Shown here in pieces: positions 1 to 8,940 of a stretch of 64,000 nt of DNA (positions are counted from its first letter, which is position 1; each line of letters starts with the position of its first letter). Position numbers and translations under genes: made by a program. The notes beneath the pieces were generated by a model. It was not told where the DNA came from. It saw only the letters and a list, made by a program, of their open reading frames with translations, and ran no database searches. Source of the DNA: an uncultured Spirochaetota bacterium (GTDB lineage Bacteria > Spirochaetota > B62-G9 > DRHN01); assembly GCA_964424795.1 (NCBI GenBank), contig CAYRKG010000020.1, forward strand, positions 2,643-66,642, in the 5' to 3' direction.

Positions 1-524
1 GCAACTGATTTAGTAAACCCCATAATCCCTGCTTTAGCTGCAGCATAATTAGCCTGTCCAAAAAGCCCTATCTGGCCACTTATAGAGGATATGTTTACTA
101 TTCTACCCCATCTATTTTCTATCATCTGCTCTATAACTGCTCGAGTACAATTAAATACAGCAGTAAGATCTACTTCTATAACTGAATTCCATTCATCTAT
201 TGACATTTTCTTTAATGTCCTATCTCTATTGATACCTGCATTATTTATTAAAATATCGATTTTTCCAAATTTCTTTCTGATTTCCTCGACCATTCTTAAG
301 ACACTTTCGAAATTACTTACATCTGATTCGAATATTACTACTTTATTACTGCAGTGTTTAATTTGTTCTGCAAGGTTTTTTACATCGACAAAATTTTTTC
401 CCTCCTTATCCTCTATATAATTTACAGCTATATTTGCCCCATACTTAGCTAATGTTAATGCTATTGCTCTACCTATTCCTCGAGAACTTCCGGTAATTAA
501 AGCACATTTACCACTCAACTCCAT
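1..524 (-). CDS. Short-chain dehydrogenase/reductase, 3-oxoacyl-ACP reductase (FabG)-like; C-terminus runs off the window
   Basis: Absent from the ORF track because there is no stop in the window. My reverse-complement translation from the ATG at 522-524 reads MELSGKCALITGSSRGIGRAIALTLAKYGANIAVNY...NNAGI...NISSISG...NYAAAKAG. This shows the TGxxxGIG Rossmann motif, NNAG and the YxxxK catalytic motif. A GGAG RBS lies upstream. Confidence 0.8.
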   Translation of the reverse strand, partial: MELSGKCALITGSSRGIGRAIALTLAKYGANIAVNYIEDKEGKNFVDVKNLAEQIKHCSNKVVIFESDVSNFESVLRMVEEIRKKFGKIDILINNAGINRDRTLKKMSIDEWNSVIEVDLTAVFNCTRAVIEQMIENRWGRIVNISSISGQIGLFGQANYAAAKAGIMGFTKSV

Positions 525-624
525 TTTTTATCTCCTTCCAAACATTTATTTCCAATGTTGCAGAGAGAATAGTATAAATTATAGTAAAGAGAGTTGAGGA
601 TAAAGTGAGGTATACCCTGTATTA

Positions 625-1398
625 TTATGTTTTAGCTCTGCTCTCCAATCTCACCGTTGGTCTTTGCATATCCCCTTTTATAGATAGCTTTATAGTGCCG
701 TTTTCAGAAATAGAACCTACAATGTCCTTTAAGTTTGCATAACTCTTAAAGAATTTATCCGACAATTTAAGCATTACTCTCATATCTATTGAATCAACAT
801 TTACAGCTCCTGATATTTCTAAGTTAAAGATATCACTTTTTATAAATCCTTTTTCAACGATATACGTTTCATTCTGATTCAGAAAAGATATGTAGCCCTG
901 TGAAAGTTTAAAAGAAGAAAATTCAAATCCCGACAAAAAGACCTTTTCAACCTCAACTCTATCTACAGAGAGTGCTAAAAAATTAAGTGCAGCGCTACTC
1001 TTTCCGCTTAACAGCTTTAGAATCTTGACCCTTGACACAAAGTTAAAATGAGCCTCTGAAAGATTAACATACGTGCTCTTTACTCGTAAACCGCTCCCAT
1101 CTATCTCAACATTTTTTAATTTGGAAGTAGGAATCAAAATAATCCGCAAAAGAAGGCTTTCAACATCAATGGAAAAAGGAGAATCTTCCCCCTCCAGTCG
1201 AATATCCTCAACCAATAACTTAAACGGAAACCTGTATTTAATATTCGCAGCAGAAAAACCAATTGAGTATGTATTCTTTAAAGAGGAGTCAATCCTACGA
1301 ACAACAGAAGCATAGGGAAAATTGTAAAAAATAAACACAACAATAAGTAATAGAGATAGAAAAAAAATTATTATAGCTAAAACGACTTTTTTAATCAT
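625..1398 (-). CDS. Membrane-anchored hypothetical protein (possibly GspN-like; family assignment weak)
   Basis: 257-aa ORF with an N-terminal hydrophobic helix (VVLAIIIFFLSLLLIVVFIF) followed by a soluble region. It starts 9 nt downstream of the RseC-like gene on the same strand. Confidence 0.45.
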   Translation of the reverse strand: MIKKVVLAIIIFFLSLLLIVVFIFYNFPYASVVRRIDSSLKNTYSIGFSAANIKYRFPFKLLVEDIRLEGEDSPFSIDVESLLLRIILIPTSKLKNVEIDGSGLRVKSTYVNLSEAHFNFVSRVKILKLLSGKSSAALNFLALSVDRVEVEKVFLSGFEFSSFKLSQGYISFLNQNETYIVEKGFIKSDIFNLEISGAVNVDSIDMRVMLKLSDKFFKSYANLKDIVGSISENGTIKLSIKGDMQRPTVRLESRAKT

Positions 1399-1407
1399 TA
1401 TCTTTAA

Positions 1408-1845
1408 TTAAAGGCGCTCTATTATATAAACCCGGAAACGTTTATCCTTTTGTTTTTTCTTATCATATATGTGAATTGGGACAAAGAATGAAAATAAAAA
1501 AATGATCGAAAGCAGTGCCGGGAACAATTCGCCCTTTAATCCAAGTTTTAATGCAGTATTAAGAAACCTTGCAAAATAATAACCAAGGACAAGCCCTAAT
1601 ATGGGCAGGATATAAAGAATTGTTGCTGATTTTACAATAGTACCTGGACGAACAGAGAGAATTACCCTTTCTCCCTTCCTTACAGGTATCTTGCAAAAAG
1701 CATCCACCAACATTTCTGTAGATGAAACCTTCTCGCATAGCTGACACCTTTCACAGGCTTTATTTGCTGCTATCTTCACTGTTGCCTTCTGTCCATGAAC
1801 AGCAACTACTTCTCCCTCTTCCTGATTAACTCCTCTTATAAACAA
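1408..1845 (-). CDS. RseC/MucC-family (SoxR-reducing system) membrane protein, terminal gene of the rnf operon
   Basis: The N-terminus EEGEVVAVHGQKATVKIAANKACERCQLCEK is followed by two TM helices, which is the typical RseC layout. TTG start with a GAGG RBS. Co-directional with rnfB. Confidence 0.65.
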   Translation of the reverse strand: MFIRGVNQEEGEVVAVHGQKATVKIAANKACERCQLCEKVSSTEMLVDAFCKIPVRKGERVILSVRPGTIVKSATILYILPILGLVLGYYFARFLNTALKLGLKGELFPALLSIIFLFSFFVPIHIYDKKKQKDKRFRVYIIERL

Positions 1846-1922
1846 CCAATAACCTCAACTTGTTATTCTTACTAAAAAGCTAATTAAAACCTCATGCAAA
1901 GAGGATAGAGATTGTTTATCCT

Positions 1923-2070
1923 CTAATGTGCAAGGGGCTACATTCTTGATTATGTCGCTTCCACTCACATTGAGGCTTGCGGCCTCGATTGAAGCCTACG
2001 GCTTCAATGAAAAGATCTTTGTGCCTAAACGGTAAAAAAATCATTATTAAGGTACTGAGGAGATCAGTAC
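1923..2070. repeat. Intercistronic hairpin element, copy 1 (between rnfB and the rseC-like gene)
   Basis: Shares CTAATGT...ACATTCTTGAtTATGTCGCTTCC..CACATTGAG..TGCGGCCTC...AATG..AAAAGAT...ATCAGTAC with 2960-3067. It carries an extra 19-bp hairpin insert (ATTGAAGCC tac GGCTTCAAT). Confidence 0.7.
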
Positions 2071-2075
2071 TTTTA

Positions 2076-2951
2076 TTACACCTTTTTCTTTTCTTCAATT
2101 ACATCGGCTGATTTCACTGCGGCTTCAAAATGGCTTTCATATCCAGGAGCAGGATCTGATACCCTTATTACCTTTGTAGGACATCTCACTGTAGATCGAA
2201 CAGGAGCTTTATTGACTGAATAATCGATTACAGCCAGGTTATCAAAAACCTTTACTGATCCTGTATCATCATCCTTTTCGCAGAGCTTACATGCTATACA
2301 GCCTGCCTTACAACTTTTCCTTACTACAGGAGCTCTATCTTTTGATCTGCAATAAACATGGACTACTTCGTCATAGTCAGTAAGTCCTATGATATCCCTC
2401 GGACATACCTTAACACATTCACCACAGCCTGTACACTTAGCAAGATCTACCACAGGGAGCCCGTTATCATTCATGTGTATTGCATCAAATGAGCATACTG
2501 GAACACAATCACCATATCCGATACATGAATCTAAACAGGCCTTTTCACCACCTACAATATGAGCAGCAGCACAGCTCTTTATCCCGTTATAAACCTTATC
2601 CTTAACAGTCTCTTCTATGCCACCACTGCAGAAAACACGTGCAACCTGCGGTGAAATGGTCTCTGCTTCTTCAATACCTAAAAGGCTTGCAAGCTGTTCT
2701 GTTACCCCTGGACCTCCAGGTTTGCACTCATTGATAGAAACTTTACCCTCCACTAATGCTGTGGCATAAGCTGAGCACCCTGCAAAGCCACATGCGCCAC
2801 AATTCACGCTAGGCAGGATCTCAAGAGCCTTTTCAATCCTCGGATCTTCCTTTACAGCTAACTTCTTATCAGCAACAGCAAGCATTATTGCCAGGATTAA
2901 ACCAACTCCTCCCATACTTGCAAGCGATACCAGTAATACAATAAGTTCCAT
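2076..2951 (-). CDS. rnfB: Rnf electron transport complex subunit B (polyferredoxin)
   Basis: N-terminal TM helix, then CGACGFAGC and several CxxCxxCxxxCP ferredoxin motifs (CTGCGECVKVCP and others). I place the start at the ATG at 2949-2951 (MELIVLL...) with a GGAG RBS, not at the track start 3023, which lies inside the repeat element. Confidence 0.9.
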   Translation of the reverse strand: MELIVLLVSLASMGGVGLILAIMLAVADKKLAVKEDPRIEKALEILPSVNCGACGFAGCSAYATALVEGKVSINECKPGGPGVTEQLASLLGIEEAETISPQVARVFCSGGIEETVKDKVYNGIKSCAAAHIVGGEKACLDSCIGYGDCVPVCSFDAIHMNDNGLPVVDLAKCTGCGECVKVCPRDIIGLTDYDEVVHVYCRSKDRAPVVRKSCKAGCIACKLCEKDDDTGSVKVFDNLAVIDYSVNKAPVRSTVRCPTKVIRVSDPAPGYESHFEAAVKSADVIEEKKKV

Positions 2952-2959
2952 ATAGTCTC

Positions 2960-3067
2960 CTAATGTAGAAAGCAACATTCTTGAATATGTCGCTTCCCCC
3001 CACATTGAGACCTGCGGCCTCAATGTGGGGAAAAAGATTTTCTCTTAAATTGCATGAAAATCAGTAC
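2960..3067. repeat. Intercistronic hairpin element, copy 2 (between rnfA and rnfB)
   Basis: Homologous to 1923-2070. It contains a perfect 12-bp stem, CCCCACATTGAG (2998-3009) with CTCAATGTGGGG (3019-3030), and a second GAAGCGACAT/ATGTTGCTTTC hairpin on the transcript strand. Confidence 0.7.
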
Positions 3068-3133
3068 TGATGTACTAATATCTATATTAATTCATAGTAT
3101 ATCCCTATTCATACAATACCTGAATACAGTCTT

Positions 3134-3718
3134 CTATGCAGAAATTAATCCTGCAAATCCCATGAATGCAAGGGCTAAAAGACCCGCTAATATAAGGGTA
3201 ATCGCCGCTCCTTTCAAAGGTTCCGGGACATCTGCAAGGTCAAGTTCTTCTCTAATGCCGGCCATGATAACCAGGGCAAGGGTAAACCCGATTCCAGCAC
3301 CGATTCCAAAAACAATATTTCCAATGAACGAGTATTTCCTCAAAGCTCCAAACAGAGCTAAACCCAATATTGCACAGTTCGTAGTGATCAAAGGCAGATA
3401 GATACCCAGAGCATCATAAAGTGTTTTACTCGTTTTTCTTATAAACATTTCAACAAACTGTACGAGTGATGCAATAACAATAATGAATGCTACATACTCT
3501 AAAAAGGGTACTTTAAAGGCTATCAAGATAAAATTATTGATCAGCCATGTAATAGCAGCTGCAAGGGTAAGTACAAAGGTTACTGCAAACCCCATACTCA
3601 CAGCAGATTCAATCCTTCCTGATACACCGATAAATGGACAGATTCCAAGAAAATAGGACAGTACAAAGTTATTCACAAGCACAGCGGATATAAAAATAAG
3701 TATTACCTCCACAATCAT
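3134..3718 (-). CDS. rnfA: Rnf complex subunit A
   Basis: 194-aa polytopic membrane protein. The N-terminus VLVNNFVLSYFLGICPFIGVS is typical of RnfA/NqrE-like subunits, and the operon position fits. Confidence 0.9.
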   Translation of the reverse strand: MIVEVILIFISAVLVNNFVLSYFLGICPFIGVSGRIESAVSMGFAVTFVLTLAAAITWLINNFILIAFKVPFLEYVAFIIVIASLVQFVEMFIRKTSKTLYDALGIYLPLITTNCAILGLALFGALRKYSFIGNIVFGIGAGIGFTLALVIMAGIREELDLADVPEPLKGAAITLILAGLLALAFMGFAGLISA

Positions 3719-3735
3719 CCCCCATATATTTTATA

Positions 3736-4377
3736 CTAACTTTTTGAACTCTTCTCCCTCTCTTTCATTTTTCTGTCTATGACATTCTTTGCCCCGAGCA
3801 TTAATCCCAATGTAATAAACGCCCCAGGTGGAAGTAGCATCACAACCCAAGGCTCAAACCCCTCTCCCAAAACGCTCATTCCGAAGAAGGTTCTCATACC
3901 AAGCACTTCCCTGATTCCACCAAGAATAACAAGGGTTACTGTAAAACCAAAACTCACTCCTAAAGCATCCAGGAATGATAGCCAGACATTGTTCTTTGAG
4001 GCAAAGGCTTCTGCTCTTCCAAGAATAATACAGTTTACAACAATAAGAGGTATAAAGGCTCCAAGTGCTTTGCTCATTTGCGGTGAAAAGGCCTTAAGAA
4101 ACAGATCTACCATGGTAACAAATGTTGCGATAACTATAATAAATGTTGGTATCCTTACCTGTTTTGGTATGATATTTCTAACGATTGATACAATAAGACT
4201 GGAACAGGTCAATACAAACAAAACTGCAAGTCCCATGGTGAGCCCATTAATTGCAGATGTTGTAACTGCAAGTGTTGGGCACATTCCAAGAAGCATAACG
4301 AGGATAGGGTTTTCCTTCCAGAAACCTTTCGTAAACTCACTTAACACATTCTTTTGAGAATCTTTCACTGCTGACAT
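3736..4377 (-). CDS. rnfE: Rnf complex subunit E
   Basis: FWKENPILVMLLGMCPTLAVTTSAINGL is the signature N-terminus of RnfE/NqrD-like subunits. Six TM segments. Confidence 0.9.
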   Translation of the reverse strand: MSAVKDSQKNVLSEFTKGFWKENPILVMLLGMCPTLAVTTSAINGLTMGLAVLFVLTCSSLIVSIVRNIIPKQVRIPTFIIVIATFVTMVDLFLKAFSPQMSKALGAFIPLIVVNCIILGRAEAFASKNNVWLSFLDALGVSFGFTVTLVILGGIREVLGMRTFFGMSVLGEGFEPWVVMLLPPGAFITLGLMLGAKNVIDRKMKEREKSSKS

Positions 4378-4500
4378 AAATCCCTACCTCCTGTAATCGG
4401 CATAAGGATATACAAGTAAACTTTCAATAAATTATCTGTTTTTTTCAAACTTTAAGCCAGCCTATTAACAACCTTCAAAATTATACAAAAACCTATTAAT

Positions 4501-5049
4501 TTATATTATCTGCTTCAATTCCTGGATACTTTTATTAATAATGGCAACAATAGAACGCGAAGATATGGTTGCACCTGTAATAGCCTGAATATCGGTGTCC
4601 TTTTCAGGTTTCTGATTTTTAACATACCCGACAGCCGGCTCTGTACTGATTCCTTTAAACTGATCCTGGAATCCACTCTCGATAATCCTTCCTCCAAGCC
4701 CCGGGGTTTCAACCTGCTCAAGAACCTGCAGCCCAGTGATCCTCTCTAGATCCGGAGCCAATCCCACCATAAGTTTTATTACACCCTGATAACCATTCCC
4801 CTTTGCAGGGAGAGCAATACCAACGGTACTTCCAGACGTATCCTTACACTCAAAATATGTTATACCATCTTTTACTCTCTCCTCATAAGATTTAGCATCC
4901 GGTACAACAAGAAATATCGATCTGTTCTGTTCTTCAAGCATATTTGCCTCTATGATGGGACTGCTAAACAGATATACAAGGGATAATACTCCTCCTGATA
5001 TACTTGCAAAAAGTGTAAGAATAAAGATCATTTTTAATCTTCTATTCAT
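4501..5049 (-). CDS. rnfG: Rnf complex subunit G (FMN-binding)
   Basis: N-terminal TM anchor and the covalent-FMN motif ITGATISSRS. I prefer the ATG at 5047-5049 (AGGGG RBS) over the track TTG at 5067. It overlaps the rnfD stop by 8 nt. Confidence 0.85.
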   Translation of the reverse strand: MNRRLKMIFILTLFASISGGVLSLVYLFSSPIIEANMLEEQNRSIFLVVPDAKSYEERVKDGITYFECKDTSGSTVGIALPAKGNGYQGVIKLMVGLAPDLERITGLQVLEQVETPGLGGRIIESGFQDQFKGISTEPAVGYVKNQKPEKDTDIQAITGATISSRSIVAIINKSIQELKQII

Positions 5050-6004
5050 TTTCAACCCCTGTGCCAAATATTCTCGGTTTCGTAGCCCTATTAATCAATG
5101 GAACGAAAGCATTCATAAACAGAATAGCATACATAACTCCTTCTGGAAGCCCTCCGAAGAGCCTTATAAAAATAACAAGACATCCTATTCCAATACCAAA
5201 GATAATGCACCCCTTATTCGTGAGTGGCGAAGTAACCATATCGGTTGCCATATAGAGGGCTCCAATCATCAATCCGCCGGCAAGAAGGTGAAAAAGAGGA
5301 TCAGGATACTTAAGAGGTTTGATTAGGTGAAAGATCTCCCCCAGTAAAGCAACAGTCAAAAATATTGAAACAGGAATTCTCCACTTTATGTACTTCTTTA
5401 TTATTAGATAAATGGCCCCAATGATTAAAAGAATTGCGCTTGTCTCACCCAAAGAGCCACCAATCTTTCCTAAGAAGAGTGGATAATAAGAGGTAACTAT
5501 TCCTTCAAACTTCATACTCGCAAGTGGCGTTGCACCAGAGATAGTATCGATACTCAGCCTTGGCATAACCCACGTTGAAATCTGTACAGGGTACGTTGCT
5601 GCTAGAAATGCCCTCCCTATAAGGGCTGGATTGAAAATGTTATATCCAATCCCGCCAAAGATCTGCTTACCAATAGCAATCGCTACAACCGCACCAAGTA
5701 CAACTCCATATATTGGAAACCTTGGCGGAAGCACCATGGCAAGCAAAATCCCGGTTATTACTGCACTGTAGTCATTAATAGTAAAGGGTCTCTTTCGAAG
5801 TCGTACAACGATAAATTCAGAAACAACACAGGTCACAATTGAAGCAATATACATGAACAGGACATAGAGACCAAATTGATATATACTGAAAACAACCGCT
5901 GGTATCAGCGCTATTATAACAGAGAGCATTATCCTGGGAACTGATTCACTGCTCTTAATATGAGGCGATGTAGAAAGAATCAGGGCCTTTTGATCTTCTT
6001 CCAT
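5042..6004 (-). CDS. rnfD: Rnf complex subunit D
   Basis: 320-aa polytopic membrane protein with an SGATPL FMN-attachment motif, placed between rnfC and rnfG. Confidence 0.9.
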   Translation of the reverse strand: MEEDQKALILSTSPHIKSSESVPRIMLSVIIALIPAVVFSIYQFGLYVLFMYIASIVTCVVSEFIVVRLRKRPFTINDYSAVITGILLAMVLPPRFPIYGVVLGAVVAIAIGKQIFGGIGYNIFNPALIGRAFLAATYPVQISTWVMPRLSIDTISGATPLASMKFEGIVTSYYPLFLGKIGGSLGETSAILLIIGAIYLIIKKYIKWRIPVSIFLTVALLGEIFHLIKPLKYPDPLFHLLAGGLMIGALYMATDMVTSPLTNKGCIIFGIGIGCLVIFIRLFGGLPEGVMYAILFMNAFVPLINRATKPRIFGTGVENE

Positions 6005-6005
6005 A

Positions 6006-7331
6006 CTATTTCTTCTCCCGTGCCTTAATCTCTTGTAACTTTACCTTTGTTGTTTTTATTAACTGGACAATTGGCCTTTTGCTAGGACAAACATAAGAGC
6101 AGCTTCCGCATTCAATGCAGTCATTAACACCATAATCTTCAGCAAGTTCCCAACTTTCTGCTTCGGCAATAAGAGATAGCCTGGATGGTAAAAGGCCTGT
6201 TGGACATGCCTGAACACAGAAGGAGCATTTAATGCAGGGGAGATGCTCCTCTTTCATATATCTTTCTTCCTGTAAAAGGAGGATTCCTGATGTTCCTTTA
6301 ATAATGGGCACATCAAAAGAGGATTGTGCAATACCCATCATCGGTCCCCCTATAATGAGCTTTCCTATTGTCCCTACCGTACCACCAGCCTGTTCAACAA
6401 TACTGGCAATGGGAGTGCCTATTTTTGCAAGGAAGTTACCTGGATTCTTTACGCCATTACCAGTTATAGTTACAATACGATCTATAAGAGGTTTTCCATC
6501 CCTAACTGCTTCACATACAGCAAGGGCTGTACTGACATTTGAAACTAGAACACTAACATCCATAGGGAGGCCACCACTTGGAACCTCTCTATCCAGAATA
6601 GCTTTTATAAGCATCTTCTCTCCACCTTGAGGATACTTTGTCTCAGTCACAGCACATGAAATTTCTTTCCGTAGCTCCATTTTCTGGAATTTTTTTAATG
6701 CATCCAGTTTATTATTCTCCAAAGCTATGATAATTGCATTCACCTTAAGGATTCTCCCTATCATTCTTGCACCCAATACAATATCCTCTGCTCTCTCTAT
6801 CATCAGTCTGTGATCGGCAGTGAGATAAGGCTCACATTCACATCCATTTATAATTAGCGTATCGATTTTTTTATCCTTTGGTGGAGAAAACTTTACGTGA
6901 GATGGAAAGGTTGCACCTCCCAGTCCTACAATTCCTGCCTCCCTAACACGACCCAATATCGACTCTGGATTAAGTTTATCAACATCTGCTCCAAGAGGAT
7001 ACATGTATTCCTTTGAATTCTCTCCATCCGGCTCGATGATAATAGAAAGTATTTTTTGACCCAATGGGTGAAGAGACCTTTCAATCTTCTTCACCTTACC
7101 TGAAACAGAAGCATGAACAGGGGCTGAAACAAAGGCATCACTCTTCCCAATTGTCTGGCCCTCTTTTACTGTATCACCAGCAGCGACTGTAGGCTTGCAC
7201 GGTGCACCGATATGCTGTATTAGAGGAATAATAAGGTTTGGTGGAATTTCAGCATTTTGAATCTGTTTATTCTTTGAAGCTTCCTTCCTATATGGGGGAT
7301 GTACGCCACCCTTAAATGTAAAAAGCCTCAT
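6006..7331 (-). CDS. rnfC: Rnf complex subunit C (NADH-binding, 2x[4Fe-4S])
   Basis: N-terminus MRLFTFKGGVHPP, a GLGGATFP nucleotide-binding block, and CIKCSFCVQACP plus CIECGSCSYVCP ferredoxin motifs. First gene of the operon. Confidence 0.9.
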   Translation of the reverse strand: MRLFTFKGGVHPPYRKEASKNKQIQNAEIPPNLIIPLIQHIGAPCKPTVAAGDTVKEGQTIGKSDAFVSAPVHASVSGKVKKIERSLHPLGQKILSIIIEPDGENSKEYMYPLGADVDKLNPESILGRVREAGIVGLGGATFPSHVKFSPPKDKKIDTLIINGCECEPYLTADHRLMIERAEDIVLGARMIGRILKVNAIIIALENNKLDALKKFQKMELRKEISCAVTETKYPQGGEKMLIKAILDREVPSGGLPMDVSVLVSNVSTALAVCEAVRDGKPLIDRIVTITGNGVKNPGNFLAKIGTPIASIVEQAGGTVGTIGKLIIGGPMMGIAQSSFDVPIIKGTSGILLLQEERYMKEEHLPCIKCSFCVQACPTGLLPSRLSLIAEAESWELAEDYGVNDCIECGSCSYVCPSKRPIVQLIKTTKVKLQEIKAREKK

Positions 7332-7750
7332 TTAAAATCTCCAATTTTTAATGTTTAAATCTATTAGGTAAATAATCTTTCAATCAAATATGAATTTGAA
7401 ATATCAATTTCTTTTTCTTATATCAGGCACGGATTATTTAATAAAAATTCTGAATCCTATTGTAGAATTCGTTGTCTATACATACCAAACAGCAAATATC
7501 CAAGATTTTAATGAATAGCATAAAAATTTGTATTATTTAAATCCAACTAGTAAAACATATTAGGATAGTAAGAATATAGAAAAATTGCAATACTAATTTT
7601 TAATAGCTATTCGAAATTTTCATTAATTCTTCTGTTTGTTTAAAATCTGCCATCCTATTGAAGCTTACAGGATAGTACTTTTCTTGGTTAAGCTTTACCC
7701 TCTGGGAAAAATATTATTTTCTTATTTTACAAGCCTATATATTTTTTAAA

Positions 7751-7984
7751 CTAAAGCTCACTTTTATCGTACTTTTCAACAAATCTTCTGATCTGATCTA
7801 TAGATTTCAAAATTGCCTTGGATTTACTTAAGCCGAGAGAAAAAGGCCTGAAAGAGCCTGTAAAGCGCAAAACTGGATGCCCCCTGAAGATCTCTTCAGT
7901 AACTACAATCTGTCCTTTAAGCCTCGCTATCTCTTCTTCCAGTTTCTTTATTCTTTCATCTTTAATATCCTCTTGATCACTCAT
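7751..7984 (-). CDS. Small hypothetical protein (N-terminal coiled coil)
   Basis: 77-aa ORF with a GGAGG RBS. No confident family; a vague resemblance to PC4/YdbC-like folds is not enough to call. Confidence 0.45.
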   Translation of the reverse strand: MSDQEDIKDERIKKLEEEIARLKGQIVVTEEIFRGHPVLRFTGSFRPFSLGLSKSKAILKSIDQIRRFVEKYDKSEL

Positions 7985-8003
7985 TTAATCCTCCATCTAA
8001 TTT

Positions 8004-8252
8004 TTAATTAGTCGTTGGTGAATAATTGCTTTTAAACGATACTAATAAAAGCACAAACTCACGAATTGCTTCTTGATAATAATTAGATATTGTAGTCAAA
8101 ATTGCTATCATATTAAATGTTATATATTTAAAAGAATCAATTCTGTAGTTGGTGATCTTGTCACCAACTACTAATTAACAATTAATGATTTATCATTCAA
8201 AGTCTATTTAGAATAATTTACTAAGTTGAATTATTCACCAGGAACTAATTAG
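8004..8252. repeat. Palindromic intergenic element A (member of a dispersed inverted-repeat family)
   Basis: The left arm TTAATTAGTCGTTGGTGAATAATTG (8004-8028) is the inverted partner of GAATTATTCACCAGGAACTAATTAG (8228-8252). An internal perfect hairpin GTAGTTGGTGA-tcttg-TCACCAACTAC followed by TAATTAA lies at 8145-8178. Confidence 0.65.
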
Positions 8253-8614
8253 ACTAAACAGAATATTCAGGTCTTTTATTTCAGCATAATTAAGAAAAGT
8301 ATTACCTTACAAGGATAATCAAACTTAAAGAGACCGATAACAACATGAGCTCAAGGCACGCTCTTCACAATCAAATAACATCTTTCAATTAATTACCGTA
8401 ATTCAGATATTTAATAATTTTATGCTCATGGAAATGTTGGATAAAACAGAGGAACTCTCGACCTTGCATTTTTTATAAAAATGAATATCCTATATGTAAG
8501 CTAATAATTAGTCAAAGCGTTAGTGCAGATTGTTTAACAATACTGTATCTTATTGAAAGATACATAAGGTTTGCTAATTATATTACAAACAATTGAGGAA
8601 GTAGGGAACAATTT

Positions 8615-8938
8615 TTGATTAAAATTCAGGTCAAGATAGTAAAAAGCGTTATAAAATATGTTCATATTACCGGTCATGGTGGAGGTATCAAAGGAAAAGA
8701 TATTATCTGCGCTTCTGTTTCCGCAATTGCCCATACAGCACTTGCGGGGCTCATTTTCTATGGTAAAGATAGTATCACATGGAAAAAGTCAGTGGGAAAT
8801 TTAACAATAGAATTAAAGGAAGGTATTAATAAAAGCAATGAAAAGAGCCTACATGTTATTCTAAACACCATGCTACTGGGACTCAAAGGTATTGAAAAAG
8901 AATACCCAGATAGAATAAAAATAGAGATTAAAAATTAG
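8615..8938 (+). CDS. Prp (YsxB/DUF464)-like ribosomal-processing cysteine protease family protein, stand-alone
   Basis: 107 aa. HITGHGGGIKGKDIICASVSAIAHTALAGL matches the GH...G.DIVCA.VSA His/Cys dyad block of Prp. TTG start with a GAGGAAG RBS. Confidence 0.6.
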   Translation: MIKIQVKIVKSVIKYVHITGHGGGIKGKDIICASVSAIAHTALAGLIFYGKDSITWKKSVGNLTIELKEGINKSNEKSLHVILNTMLLGLKGIEKEYPDRIKIEIKN

Positions 8939-8940
8939 TA

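Noticed and set aside
1916-2098. 60-aa minus-strand ORF between rnfB and the rseC-like gene.
   Set aside because: It is composed of the duplicated hairpin element. Its counterpart copy (2960-3067) has no equivalent ORF, and no RBS is present. It is probably non-coding.
3779-4357. 192-aa plus-strand ORF. Similar long antisense ORFs occur at 3054-3401, 6232-6630, 10337-10663, 10749-11105, 40769-41164, 56799-57170 and 61863-62264.
   Set aside because: Each lies entirely antisense within a gene that has strong family motifs (rnfE, rnfA, rnfC, NTase, TPM, M16, tnaA, hsdS). Their translations are low-complexity or have no recognisable motif. They are shadow ORFs.
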